Positions 1 through 11,953 are shown, counted from the first letter of the stretch. The stretch is 64,000 nt of DNA from Octopus vulgaris (GCA_951406725.2 OX597816.1:101990001-102054000), one strand, 5' to 3'. Numbers and translations are program-made. The notes: generated by a model not told the origin, from the sequence alone.

Positions 1-507
1 AAAGACGAATATTTCAAGCTAATTCAAAACAGTTTTATCATAACCTGTCAATCACATGCTGTTAACCTCCACATTGACAAGCCAAACAGCTGCGACCTTA
101 ATTCTGACTTCTTGATGCAGAGTTCAAATGTCAAAAGGAATTTGGCATTTCATTCTTTAAACAGGTGCTAATGAATGACCACAAATCTACATATTACCAG
201 CTATTCCTAGAAATTGTGGTGCCTAAACTAAGAATGAGGACATAAACACTGAGAATAAACTTATCTAATCTTTACTGAAAAAGTGCATGTCCAGAAATTT
301 GTTGCTCCCTTGTACTATTTGTTGATGATATTTCCATCTCGGGTTATTCTGCCATGATTGACTTTGTTTTTCATCCTTTTAAGATCAATAAAATAAGTAC
401 CAGTGGTCGATGTAATTGACTGTTACCCTCCCCACAAAATTTCAGACCTTGTACCTATAGTGGAAAGGATATTTTAGCTACAGGTCAGCCCTGATTGAAC
501 AAACTAA

Positions 508-728
508 CCCTTTAGCATTTAAACCGGCCATATCCGGCCAAAAGTATTCTACCTGTTTTATGTTCAAACTGACCAGATCTGGTCTCTCACACCAACCCTA
601 CAATATCATCTTAAAAATTAACAGCTACCTCATCAAAATCTCATAGCTACAAGGTAATGCATGATTAATTCAAAACAATATGGATGAAAAGGCATTAATT
701 TTGGCAGAATAATGCGAACACTAAAGGG
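508..728. mobile_element. piggyBac-like MITE (TIR CCCTTTAG...CTAAAGGG), CTAA target duplication
   Basis: Ends CCCTTTAGCATT and ACACTAAAGGG; CTAA at 504-507 and 729-732; same family as 41290, 54662, 54956 and 62173. Confidence 0.75.
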
Positions 729-1195
729 CTAATGATCAAAACTATTTCAGCAGTGACCATTCTCTGATATCTTGAATGTACAAAAGGAACGCATGCCCAC
801 CACTATTATATTTAGAGCACCATGTAGATTATCATATTCTAGTCTGCTTCCAGTATAGTGGTCAAGTAACTCTTATACTAAATAGTATTATTAGTTATGA
901 AATACAGTGCAAATGTAGAAATTACTAGTTCTCTGTAACTTAATGCAATAAAGTGTACCCTGATTATCTGTTCTGGTTACGCATCCAATACGCAGTTTCA
1001 AACTGTTATAATGGTGAAACATATGTAGGAACTAATAATATAGACTTGTGTTCATCTTAATTTCTCATATATATGTAGAGAGTCTGTGTTTTCCAAACTG
1101 GAGGCGATCACATTTCTCCACAGGAATGATGTTCTAACAAGCATTAATGAACGTGATGATCTTACATGTGATGAATGTGGAATTGGCAACCATCA

Positions 1196-1370
1196 TGCAT
1201 GCATGCATGTATGTATGTATGTATGTATGTATGTATGTATGTATGTACGTATGTACATATGTACGTATGTATGTATGTACGTACGTATGTATGTATGAAT
1301 GTATGTATGTATGTATGTATGAATGTATGTATGTATGTATGTATGTATGTATATGTAGAGAGAGAGAGAG
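1196..1370. repeat. (TATG)n plus (AG)n microsatellite
   Basis: Direct reading; source of the MYVC/HTYI pseudo-ORFs. Confidence 0.95.
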
Positions 1371-1377
1371 TGTCATT

Positions 1378-1563
1378 TGACCTGCTAGAAATAGTTATCT
1401 AACTGCACTCAAATCATACTCTGCTACCTTAAAAAGAAGACACATTGAATAATGTATTCCTGCTTACTATATATCTGGAAAAAAGATAAAGTTGTTATGG
1501 TTTCAATGCCTTTGACTATAGGTCAGCTTGACCAGAACTAACTTAGGGGTCAAGCAACAACAA
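1378..1563 (+). mobile_element. Abundant (CAA)n-tailed interspersed repeat ('family B'), probable retroposon
   Basis: Motif CTGCTAGAAATAG...GGACACATT...ATGCCTTTGA...CAACAACAA recurs at about 4145, 5065, 13730, 16590, 21725, 36190 and 52700 (+) and at 16040, 17260, 33895, 53500, 53710 and 63275 (-). Confidence 0.65.
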
Positions 1564-2152
1564 TCTTCACCCACCATTATTCTACAACCACAGTACCAAT
1601 AGACAAGAAAGCTAAGGATATTGCCCATATAATTCAAGCTTAAAAGAAAAAACATAAAACAAATTTATATTATCTACTTCCAATCTTCCAATTTTCTATT
1701 CTGTCACTCTTCATTTCTAGAATGTTCCTCAGAATAATTTTTGAAGATTTTTTTTCTGTTTGTATGACAGCAACACCTGTTTTGTAAGATTAATGTTTTG
1801 TTTCTTGTTCTTTTTTCTTTTTTATTATAATTATGTTTATCAATTATTTTCATACAATTTGTTATCTTTATAGTTTTTGATAATGCTTTGACTTTGGATA
1901 TATGAATATATAAATATATATAAACATATTTTTCATATACATACACAAGTGCACATGCACACACACATACACAAACAAACCATACACTCTGTCAAGTAGT
2001 CACATATACGCATTCACAAAAATGTGTTTGAATTAGCTTTATCTACAAATTATTCTACACACCTCCACTATAAATTTGTTTCAAGAGCTCTTAGGTCTTA
2101 CACTAAAAAAAAAAAAAAAGAGTGAAACATAAATTGTAGGTAGGTATATATA

Positions 2153-3367
2153 TCAGGTCATCCCATAAGTTCTGTCCAAAGCTTGAATAAAGAAAACAAG
2201 TGATCAAATGTTATATTTAATTGAAATTTAATCGTTAACGTACTTTCCCTGATTATCTATGACTTCCTTCCATCTATTTACAAGCTTTTTAATCCCATCA
2301 ATGTAAAACTCATTTGGTTTCAAAGCGAAGAACTCTGAAATGTCAGTTTCGACCTCCTCCTGGCTTGGGAAAGTTATGTCCCCTAAATGATTCTGTAAGC
2401 TACAAAATAAATGGTAGTCTGAAGAAGCAAGGTCAGGAGAATAAGGCAGATGAGGAATTTTTTCCCAACCAAGTTCTTCAATCAGTGTGGGGTTGTGCAT
2501 CACTCCTTTTTGATTCACTAAAGCGGGTCTTTTTTTCTTCAAAGCTTGGTTCAAATGCTCTAATTGTTGACAGTAGACTTGAACATTGATTGTTGCATTA
2601 GGTGGTAACAATTCAAAGTAAATTACTCCTTTGCAATCCCACCAGATAGAGAGAAGAACCTTTTTCTCATGAAGTTCCCTTCTTGGTTGTGGTTGAGATT
2701 TTTCCCTTTTACCAAGCCACTGTTTTTCGATGCTTAACATTTTGATAGAAGATCTATTTTTCCTCACCAATCACAAATCTATCCAAAAAGGGTGAAATGA
2801 GTTTGCGAGAATGGAGAGAAGAGCAGATGTCAACTCAGGATTTGCGGTTGCTTTTGGACAATTCATGAGGCTCCCATTTTCCAAGTTTAGGAACCTTTCC
2901 AAGTTGTTGAAGATGACGATGAACAGTTGTATGGCTTGAACTAAGCTTTATTGCCAATTCTTCAACTGATAATGCAGGATTTTCTTCAAGTAATGCTTCT
3001 AGGAGCTTATATGATCAAACTCAACTGGACGTCCTGTTTGATCTTCATCGTCAAGGCTGAAATCTCCACTTTTGAATTTTGCAAACCATCTTCTGCAAGT
3101 TCTTTCATTCAAGCATTCTTTCCCATAAACTGAGTGTATGTTTTGAGTTGCTTTGGCTGCAGAGTTTCCTTTATTGTACTCATAAAGCATTATGTGCCTC
3201 AAATGCTCTTTGGCTACTTCCATGTTAGAAAGGGTTTTAATCAAGGAAATTTTAATTCTATTATTCTGTAAAATAATATTTAATTCCATTAGACATTCTA
3301 AAATACTATTAAATTACATTTAATTTTAAAAAAGATAAAAACGGACAGAACTTATGAGATGACCTGA
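2153..3367 (-). mobile_element. Near full-length mariner DNA transposon (about 1.2 kb)
   Basis: 25-bp TIRs TCAGGTCATC(C/T)CATAAGTTCTGTCC at 2153-2177 and 3343-3367 (1 mismatch), TA on both sides, transposase remnants inside. Confidence 0.95.
2228..3223 (-). pseudogene. Disrupted mariner (DD34D-type) transposase
   Basis: N-terminal HTH (EHLRHIMLYEYNKG...RRWFAKFKSGDFSLDD..GRP), WEPHEL, KVLLSIWWDCKGV and YSPDLASSDYHLF motifs; frameshifts, a stop and an internal deletion. Confidence 0.93.
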
Positions 3368-3715
3368 TATATATACAGGTGCACACACTCATACATACAC
3401 ACATGCACAAACACCCCCCACATACACACACACAGCATATTCATATGTATATTTGTGTGTATTTGTCTGTTTAAAACTATGAATACATTGAGCTAAACCC
3501 TACTCAAAGTGAAGATTACATATAAAAAGAGCTTATCTCTAGTTTATATATGAAATAGGAAGATATTTTAAATTACACTCACAGATAGGATGCTAGCATT
3601 ATTTTCAGTAACTCATCAGCTGTACTAGGATCTAATTTTCAGCTCTGAATGGATGAACTGTGTATGGTTAAATACATACATGCCCTTCTAAGTCTTAGAT
3701 CTTTTGAGTTGGAGT

Positions 3716-3853
3716 TCAGCCTAACTGGTATAATATAGCATCATCAGCAGTAGCAGCAGCCGCAGTAGCAGTAACACCACCATCACGATTGTTGTCCTGA
3801 TTCTCTATATCAGTGCTCTGCAACCTTTTTTTATTTGTGGCATTCTTATACAC
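3716..3853 (-). other. Weak candidate terminal exon (VYKNATNKKRLQSTDIENQDNNRDGG...LYQLG*)
   Basis: T-rich tract ttttagttatatttttagttcag precedes an open frame to TGA; no homology recognised. Confidence 0.2.
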
Positions 3854-4191
3854 CTGAACTAAAAATATAACTAAAAGTAAAGGGGGAAAAAAATATATCC
3901 AGGTTACACTGTGGCACACCTAGCATTGTTTCGTAGTACACTAGTGTGCCGCGATATAATGGCTGGGGAGTACTGCACTATATCAGTCATGGGCAAACAG
4001 CGGCCCACTGGACTTTCTGAATGGCACACCAACAAAGAATTACCTTGAAAGTTTCTTTTAGTAGTGTGGCTCATTTGATGATAAGCCATTTCTCATGGCC
4101 TGCTTTTCAACAAAGGTTGTCTATGCTTGCTCTTTACTGATATTCAACCTGCTACAAATAGCAGTCAAGTCTCCCTCAATTTGTATCCTAT

Positions 4192-4610
4192 AGGCACAGG
4201 AGTGGCTGTGTGGTAAGTAGCTTGCTTACCAACCACATGGTTCCGGGTTCAGTCCCACTGCATGACATCTTGGGCAAGTGTCTTCTGCTATAGCCCTGGG
4301 CCGACAAATGCCTTGTGAGTGGATTTGGTAGACGGAAACTGAAAGAAGCTTGTCGTATATATGTATATATATATGTATGTGTGTGTATATGTTTGTGTGT
4401 CTGTGTTTGTCCCCCTAGCATTGCTTGACAACCGATGCTGGTGTGTTTACGTCCCCGTCTCTTAGTAGTTCGGCAAAAGAGACCGATAGAATAAGTACTG
4501 GGCTTACAAAGAATAAGTCCCGGGGTCGATTTGCTCGACTAAAGGCGGTGCTCCAGCATGGCCACAGTCAAATGACTAAAACAAGTAAAAGAGTAAAGAG
4601 AAAGAAAGAG
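4192..4610 (+). mobile_element. Full-length tRNA-derived SINE ('family A') with internal (TA)/(TG) tract
   Basis: A box TGGCTGTGTGG, B box GGTTCAGTCCC, AAAGAG tail; body nearly identical to 45381-45735; inserted into a family B repeat. Confidence 0.88.
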
Positions 4611-5314
4611 TATTGTCTTAAAAAATAAAAACAGAATGAATAATTTAGTCCTACATACAGTATGCTTTAGGTGGGATGGCCATGGTTGAAAAGCATTTGA
4701 ACACAGATCTGCTCAGCTTAGATAAACTTCAGGCTGAACAACAAAAACCAGTTATTGTCATCATGGTGGTCATCATCATTTCACTACACTACCATGAGTG
4801 GAGAGATCTGTAATACAACATATTTCCATTCATTCGGTTTTTGTGAACTTTAACCTTCTTCTCAGATCTGATATCATTGTTTCTTTCTCTGCTATGGTCT
4901 ATCACAGATACCTTCTATTGTTAACTCACAACACTCATATTCAATAAACAATAGCAGCTTATTTTATACATTTTTATTACACATCCCTCTCAGCATAGTT
5001 ATCGCACCAGTGTTTTTTAATACCCAGCTAATAAGCCAGGAAGGGAATCGCTTTCTGGATGCTTGCCTGCTAGAAATAGCAGTCGAATTTCTTTCAAATT
5101 GTACCCAACCATCTTTTTTAAAATACAGATCCAATTAAATAATGTTATCTTAGAAACACTTTCTAGAAGAAAAAATTAGATTGGATTGTTAAGCCTGGAA
5201 TTCCTTTCAAAATAAGTTTACTCAGGTGGGGTTGATCTGGAGCTAAAAAAAAAAATAGAATCCATTTTATCTGTTTACTTGTGCTAAGTATTAGATATGA
5301 AAGATATACTGAGC

Positions 5315-5352
5315 TTATTATATACAGTGTTCAGGTGCACTACAACTTGTTG
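5315..5352 (-). mobile_element. CR1-type 3' terminal motif
   Basis: TACAGTGTTCAGGTGCACTACAACT matches the CR1 3' end at 61090-61114 (1 mismatch). Confidence 0.6.
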
Positions 5353-5592
5353 AGAAAGGGTGAAAGTGGGAACAGGAAGCAGCCATAAATAAAATAAAGA
5401 AAGATAACCACAAAAGCTAGAAATACATGCATTGTATACAAAATAGAACACAAAAGAAAAGAGTAAAGTGAACAGTAAAAGAACAGAGGGGCAAAGGTAT
5501 GTACTGTCATAGAGGTCAGCTGCCCAGCAAATATAAATATCTCTTTGAAAATCAAAGGAAAAGAGGATATCTATGGACAACTGCTTCAAAAT

Positions 5593-5791
5593 CTCCAGCT
5601 TCTGTATCCAGACTATGTATTCATATTCATATCAATAATAAATAGGTTTTGTTAGTAAATGCTTAAAAGAGAACCTGGGTGAACTGGGATTTTCAGAAAG
5701 AGAAATCAACCGGCTAATTCGTACATAACAAGTGCAATCTGTGAGTGGAACAGTAGAAATATGCAAGACTTTTCTCAAGTTCCAATTGTGA
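5593..5791 (+). mobile_element. C-terminal fragment of an R4-like (RLE) non-LTR retrotransposon ORF
   Basis: QLLYPDYVFIFI..GFVSKCLKENLGELGF...SVSGTVEICKTFLKF*, resembling the RLE-clade ORF end. Confidence 0.5.
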
Positions 5792-5842
5792 ATTTGTCTG
5801 TGTTAACTACTTCCCAAAGATGGAGCCTTGCATCTTTGTTGG

Positions 5843-5993
5843 ATAAACCATAAAATGTCAGGAGGTATGAGAGATAAATATAATTATTATTTAACCACTT
5901 GACAACCCTAAAATTACAGCTGTAATCCTAATGATATCAAGTGGTTAAGTAAATATATCCACCTCTCATATCTCCTGTCTTTTTATGGCTTAT
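5843..5993. repeat. Loop-less imperfect palindrome, about 75-bp arms
   Basis: Centre ATTACAG|CTGTAAT at 5919/5920; arms share TTAACCACTTGA and CCATAAAA.G.CAGGAG.TATGAGAG. Confidence 0.8.
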
Positions 5994-7177
5994 GTACTCC
6001 TCATGAAATAATTTCATCATCAGATTTCCAGACTTTCAGCTGTATGGAACTCTGCATTATGCTCCTCTGTATTAGATTACTACATGGTCTGTTAGCCAAG
6101 TCCATTAGAAGAGCTTTTTGTGAAAGATACATGATTCTATGAATCCATATATTACACTACAAATGTGTGTGTCTTCTAAATATTTTAAAACATAGTTTTT
6201 ACTTTTTTTTTACTAAGTCTGGAGGAAGGGACAGAAACCAGTAACCTTTTCAAGTCCTCCAAGACTGATGAGATTGATACTAAAAATGTTTCATTTAAAC
6301 TGTTGTAGGTCAACACTTTCAAGAAAGATATGAGTGAGGCAGAGATTCCAGAGGGCCAATGTCTTTGGGGTTCAAAGGATTGGGCGTAGTGGTCAGTGCA
6401 AGGGAAGGGGAGAGACAAATAGGACGGGGTAGTAGAGCTCCAAAGAGCAAAGGCCATTCTGGTAGCTTGATTTCTTTTCCTCTACGAAGTGCACCAGGAA
6501 AAGATTCAGAACAACTACCTTATTCTCAAACCATTCCTCTCCACTTTCCACATATCCACTATAGTCATCACTCAAATTTTATTACCACCTAACTTAAGTA
6601 CCTGTCTACTACTGGATCTAATTTAGCTAAATACACACTATATTAGACATTATTATTATTGACATTTCTGCATTCATTTTAGCCATCCATACACTCATGG
6701 TGTTGCTCTGAACTAAATAAAGCAAATGAGGTTTCACTGACGAAATAATGTTGGAATGGAATAAATTTACACAGTTTTAAATAAAAAGTAATTTACAAAA
6801 ATAACATATGCTTTAACATTCACTTTTCCAAGTTTACATGGGTCAAACAGAATGGCTAGATGCTCTTCATGTTACTAACCCTCTCCCATTTCCAAGCAAA
6901 GTGATGTTTCCTCATGGCTACACATGTTTTCATGGAAGGTTAAAACAAAGGATGTATGATGGTGATGCTCATTTTGCAACTATTACATGATGTCGAGACA
7001 AGAGATAGTTGTAAAATGAGGGTCATTTTGTTTCCTTTGTTTCCAATCATCCATGAGTAAAATGCAGATGGCCAAGTCAAAAGAATTTAGCTGATTGAAT
7101 CCTGTTATGACCAAGATATATCATTTTCAAAATCTCAGTCTACAATAGACCAGTGAAAACTCACCAGTGTAAATATT

Positions 7178-7307
7178 GATTTCAAGTTTTAGCACAAAGC
7201 CCGCAATTTCAGGGAAGCAGATAAGTCAATTAGATTGACCCCAGCGTTCAACTGATACTTATTTATTGACCCCGAAAGAATGAAAGGCAAAGTCCACATC
7301 AGCAGAT
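7178..7307 (-). mobile_element. 5'-truncated SINE ('family C' related)
   Basis: Central domain GCCTTTCATTCTTTCGGGGTCAATAAATAAGTA on the minus strand; flanked by a CAGTGTAAATATT duplication. Confidence 0.75.
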
Positions 7308-7320
7308 CAGTGTAAATATT

Positions 7321-7534
7321 CTTTTCTACTCTAGGCATAAGGTGCAAAATTTTTGTGGAGAGGGCCAGTCGATTAGATCAATCCCAGTATGCAACTGGTA
7401 TTTGAGTTATCGACCCTGAAAGGATGAAAGGCAAAGTCGACTTGGCGGAATTTGAACTCAGAATGTGTAGACAGACGAAATACTACTAAGCATTTTGTCC
7501 GGCATGCTAATGATTCTGCCAGCTCACCGCCTTA
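7321..7534 (-). mobile_element. Full-length tRNA-derived SINE ('family C')
   Basis: Head GGCGGTGAGCTGGCAGAA, B box GAGTTCAAATTCC, central GCCTTTCATCCTTTC.GGGTCGATAA; matches 55916-56132. Confidence 0.85.
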
Positions 7535-7699
7535 CACCAGTGTAAATATTGTCCACACTTTGTAATTGACACATATTTGTCACATTATTGTACTAAGTTC
7601 CTGTACTTTTGAGGGCTTGCTCTATTTTAGAGGCATCAACAATGTGGTTGTACTGTCAGTTCTTTTGACACCTCTACAGAGTGATCTCAATAAAAAAAT

Positions 7700-8347
7700 T
7701 AGTTTCTGGAAGTGTGCTGTGCGCGAGAAGACCTGGCAGGACAAGTGAGTCCATAACCCGTGACCTTCTACTTGGGATGGAGCCAGCCTACGTATGCATA
7801 CCTTCCCTTCTTGGGACACAAAACTCTACTTGTGAAGACCTGTTGAGGCAAGTGAGGATCAGAATCGAAATCGATCAATGGAAATTGCAGATGTGTTACC
7901 AGTGCCGGTGGCATGTCGAAACTCTACTTGTGAAGACCTGTTGAGGCAAGTGAGGATCAAAATGGAAATCGATCAATGGAAATTGCAGATGTGTTACCAG
8001 TGCCGGTGGCATGTAAGAGAACCTTCCGTTTCGCGACCGTTGCCAGCACCGCCCCGTTTCGTGTCCGTTGCCAGCCTCGCCTGGCCCTTGTGCCGGTGGC
8101 ACATAAAAAGCACCATCCGTTCATGGCCGTTTGCCAGCTCTGTCTGGCACCTGTGCAGGTGGCACGTAAAAAGCACCCACTACACTCACGGAGTGGTTGG
8201 CATTAGGAAGGGCATCCAGCCGTAGAAACACTGCCAGATTTGATTGGGCCTGATGAAGCCTTCTGGCTTCACAGACCCCAGTAGAACCGTCCAACCCATG
8301 CTAGCATGGAAAACGGACGCTAAACGACGATGATGATGATGATGATG
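7700..8347 (+). mobile_element. 5'-truncated RTE LINE: ORF end, 3' UTR and (GAT)n tail
   Basis: WKCAVREKTWQDK* at 7707-7748; 3' motif CCAACCCATGCTAGCATGGAAAACGGACG followed by (GAT)n; internal ~98-bp tandem duplication. Confidence 0.75.
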
Positions 8348-9122
8348 TATATTCCTTTCTGTTTCTGTTTTACAGCTAGAGTGACAGAGCCACTGAAAGT
8401 GAATGGTCCTTCTCAAAAAAAAACAAACAAATGTAACTCTCTTTCACTCTCTCTCTCTCTCCATTTATCTATTTTCCTTTTCTTCCCCTTTTCTCTATCT
8501 CTCTGTTTCTCTCTACTTTTTCTCTCCCTTTCTTTTTTCCTTCACACCTCCCTTACATCTTGCTTGATAATGACAAGGCTGTTATGACAAAAACCATGAC
8601 AAAGATGATGATGAAGAGGTGAAAAAAGAGAGACACAGAGATGAACAGAGGTATCCCTATGTTTGGATACAGATAGTAATTGGAGATTTCTCATTGAAAG
8701 AGGTTTCAGTACAGCATTACTAACTAACTAAACAGGACCTGTCATCAGTTCATTCCTCTGCTCACCCCAACTGTAACACCTACACTTATACCCATGCTCA
8801 CAGCCTCTCTCCCTCTTCCACTACACCATCCATTATCAGTAATAAAACATTAGGAGACAAAATGAAGAACAAAACCAGATTTATATATATATATATGCAC
8901 ACACACACGCACACACACATGCACGCACACACATGCACACACATACATACACATACACACACATGCATACACATGTATAGGTTTGATGATGCAAACAGAA
9001 ATAGAATGAAACTCTTGGCCCTTGAGACACTGCTGTTACTTCTGCTGATTGTTAATAAAACACACACACACACAAAGTCTTCATTATCATAATCAAATCA
9101 TCATATGCCCACCCTCCATGCT

Positions 9123-9161
<39 letters not shown>

Positions 9162-9889
9162 GTATGTATGTATGTATGTATGTATATATGTTTGTATGTA
9201 TGTATGTATGTATGTATGTATGTGCACACACACGCACTCACACACATACACACACGCACACACACACACACATTAAAAAATAAATATATAATGTTTATCA
9301 AATTACAAATCTTATCTCAGAATCTCTGTGGTTGTCTAATAATATCGCCTTACCTACTCACTGTTGTGTGGGTGTGCACGTGTGTAGATGTGTGTATTAG
9401 TGTATGTATCCAACTGTGTGCATACGTTTACATATGAGGTAGGTATTGTATATATGACTTATGCATTTTGTATATATATATGTATTAGTATGCATCTGTG
9501 TGTGTGTATGTGTGTGTGTGAGTGTTTTGTGTACATAACTGCAAATGTGTTTATAGGAGCATGGGATTGTACGCATATGTGAGGTGAGAATAACCCCAGG
9601 TGAAAGTAAATTTAATTCAGGCTTTAATTTACTAAAATTTCCAAGGATATCACCTGGTAAACTATTCAATTAGTAGTTTACAAGAGAATTTATAGTAGCA
9701 ATAGGAGGTACAAATTGTAATACCTCATAGAGATACAATGTTTTTATTACTATTATGATACAATATTATTTACATAATAACATTATTACATTCTTCTCCT
9801 CAACCCCACAAAAATAAAAGTACATACATATAATATTATCTGTATTACCAAAATATCAATATTCTCTAGTGTAATCATATGATTGCTTC

Positions 9890-10260
9890 TAGCATAGGCA
9901 GAAAGGGATAAGTTGATTAATTAAACCCTAGTACTTCATCGACCCAGAAGAGATGAAAGACAAAGACAGCCTTGGCAGGGTTTGAACTCAGAAAGCAGAG
10001 AGCCAGAAAAAATGCCACAAAACATTTTGTTTGACATTCTAATGATTCTGTTGTTCCTTTGTCATTATAATCCTTTCCACTGTAAATTTTGTGAGAGGTG
10101 GTTAGTTGATTACATTGATCCCAAGTACTTATTTTATTAATCTTGAAAGGACGAAAAGCAAAGTCAACTTTGATGGCATTCGAACTCCCAATGTACAGAC
10201 TAATGAAAATGTCACTAAGCATTTTGTCCAGCATGCTAATGATTCTGCCATCTCACCCCT
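9890..10260 (-). mobile_element. Two tandem degenerate family C SINEs
   Basis: Repeated GAAAG.CAAAG.C.AC...GAACTC...ATGATTCTG motifs. Confidence 0.6.
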
Positions 10261-11336
10261 TTCACTGCCTTTATACTAATAATTTCTAATTTACACACAA
10301 AGCTTACAATTTTATGCAGAGGAATTAGTTGATTGAATCAACCTCAGTATTTGATTAGTACTTTATTTTATCAAAAGTGAATGAAAAATGGGAATTTTCA
10401 TTGAAAACAAACAGAGATTTGTTACTACACGATGAAGGTAATGGACCCTGAAAAATCAATGCTCATGTGGACCAAGGGTTGCATAGATCTGATGGGTTAA
10501 TGTGATTCTAGATGATATTATTATTGCCTTTAACCATTGATAAATGTGGCAAACACAAGCACCACTTTTAATGTCAACCACTGAATATGGAAGATTTCAA
10601 ACTCAAACAAAATGTGGTAACTTTGTAAGGGCAAGGTGGCAGAAAGATGGATAGATTTTAGAAATAGGATTCTTCTAAAATGTAACAATGTTGGTTTCAA
10701 CATACCATTTCAGATTGAAATTCTTTAAAATACATTAAAAAGAAAATAAAGATAGGAAGTTTTAGCCAAGTAAACAGGGAACTACAAAGCATTGTATTTT
10801 CATGTTTTAAGATAAAAATAACTATTCAAAGTTCATAAAAAAGCTGCATCTCTTCCAGACTGTACATATTCCCCATCAATTTAGTGTAAACAAGATCACA
10901 TAAAATACCAAGCTAAAAAATTAAAGCATGCAATACTACTAAATGCAAAAAAAAGAAATTTATGTAGAGATTAGCCAACAAGATTATAGAACAAGAATCT
11001 TACTCCATGAAATTAAATGCATCCTCACTCCATTGGAGGTGGAAATATTCTTCTATGTTATTCAGTGTAACCACCATTATTTAAATCATTATTTAAACAA
11101 TAATTTCTGCAACAAACAAAAATTGATGAACCACGTACACCAATTTCCCTAAGAGAAGTGGAGATACTCTGACAGCATTGATGGAATTATTACAATTTCA
11201 ACACAGATATACAAAGTGAAAATACAAACACAGAAACAGCCACTAGAACATATGATGCAATACAATAGGACAGAGGAAACATCTGATTTAGCATTATCAC
11301 TTAAGTATGCCAGTTACAAGAAGTTCAATAATATTG

Positions 11337-11540
11337 GTTTCAAATTTTGGCACAGGACCAACATTTTCAGTGGAGTAGGTATGTCAATTACATTGACCTT
11401 GTCAACTGATACTTAATTTTTTGACCCCAAAAGGATGAAAGCTGACCTTTGAGGAATTTGAACTCAGAAGCTTCAAGACGGATGAAATACCACTAAGCAT
11501 TTTCCCTGGTGTGCTAACAATCCTGCCAGCTCACTGCCTT
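11337..11540 (-). mobile_element. Family C SINE with 19-bp TSD
   Basis: AAGAAGTTCAATAATATTG (11318-11336) vs AAGAAGATCAATGATATTG (11541-11559). Confidence 0.8.
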
Positions 11541-11953
11541 AAGAAGATCAATGATATTGAATGCCTATCTGAAATTGATAAAAGGTTTTACTCAAATCAG
11601 ATGAGAATGAGGGAATAATAGTACCAACAAACACTCCAAGGAATACAGTTAACAGTAACAACAACTCTGGTTCTAATTCTAAACCTGCCACTGATACTGA
11701 CAACATATCCAACAATTACAGATTGTTATATTTTCTCTCAGTGATCAAATTCCCATTAACAGTGGTGTCTGCAGATTCCTACAGCAGCACTGAAGACCTA
11801 CTCAGCAGAATCAGTGATTGCAACCTTTCCTATGACCTAACACATTGTATTACATATTGAATGCTAACAAGTTGTACTTGCTTGCAAGTGATGTCTTGTT
11901 TTCTCAATCATATTTTAAGTTCAGTCCCCCTGTGTGGCATCATATTTTTAAAG

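Noticed and set aside
1086-1402. Overlapping [16 protein letters not shown] ORFs here and throughout the window
   Set aside because: Stop-free translations of microsatellites, not genes
4192-4270. tRNA gene
   Set aside because: A and B boxes are present but there is no cloverleaf; it is a SINE head
8375-8431. Plus-strand acceptor ttctgttttacag followed by ARVTEPLKVNGPSQKK
   Set aside because: Donor is weak and no homology is recognised
8980-9060. Signal-peptide-like MKLLALETLLLLLLIV (similar case at 28615-28695)
   Set aside because: Runs into (CA)n or a stop; a Leu-rich low-complexity artefact
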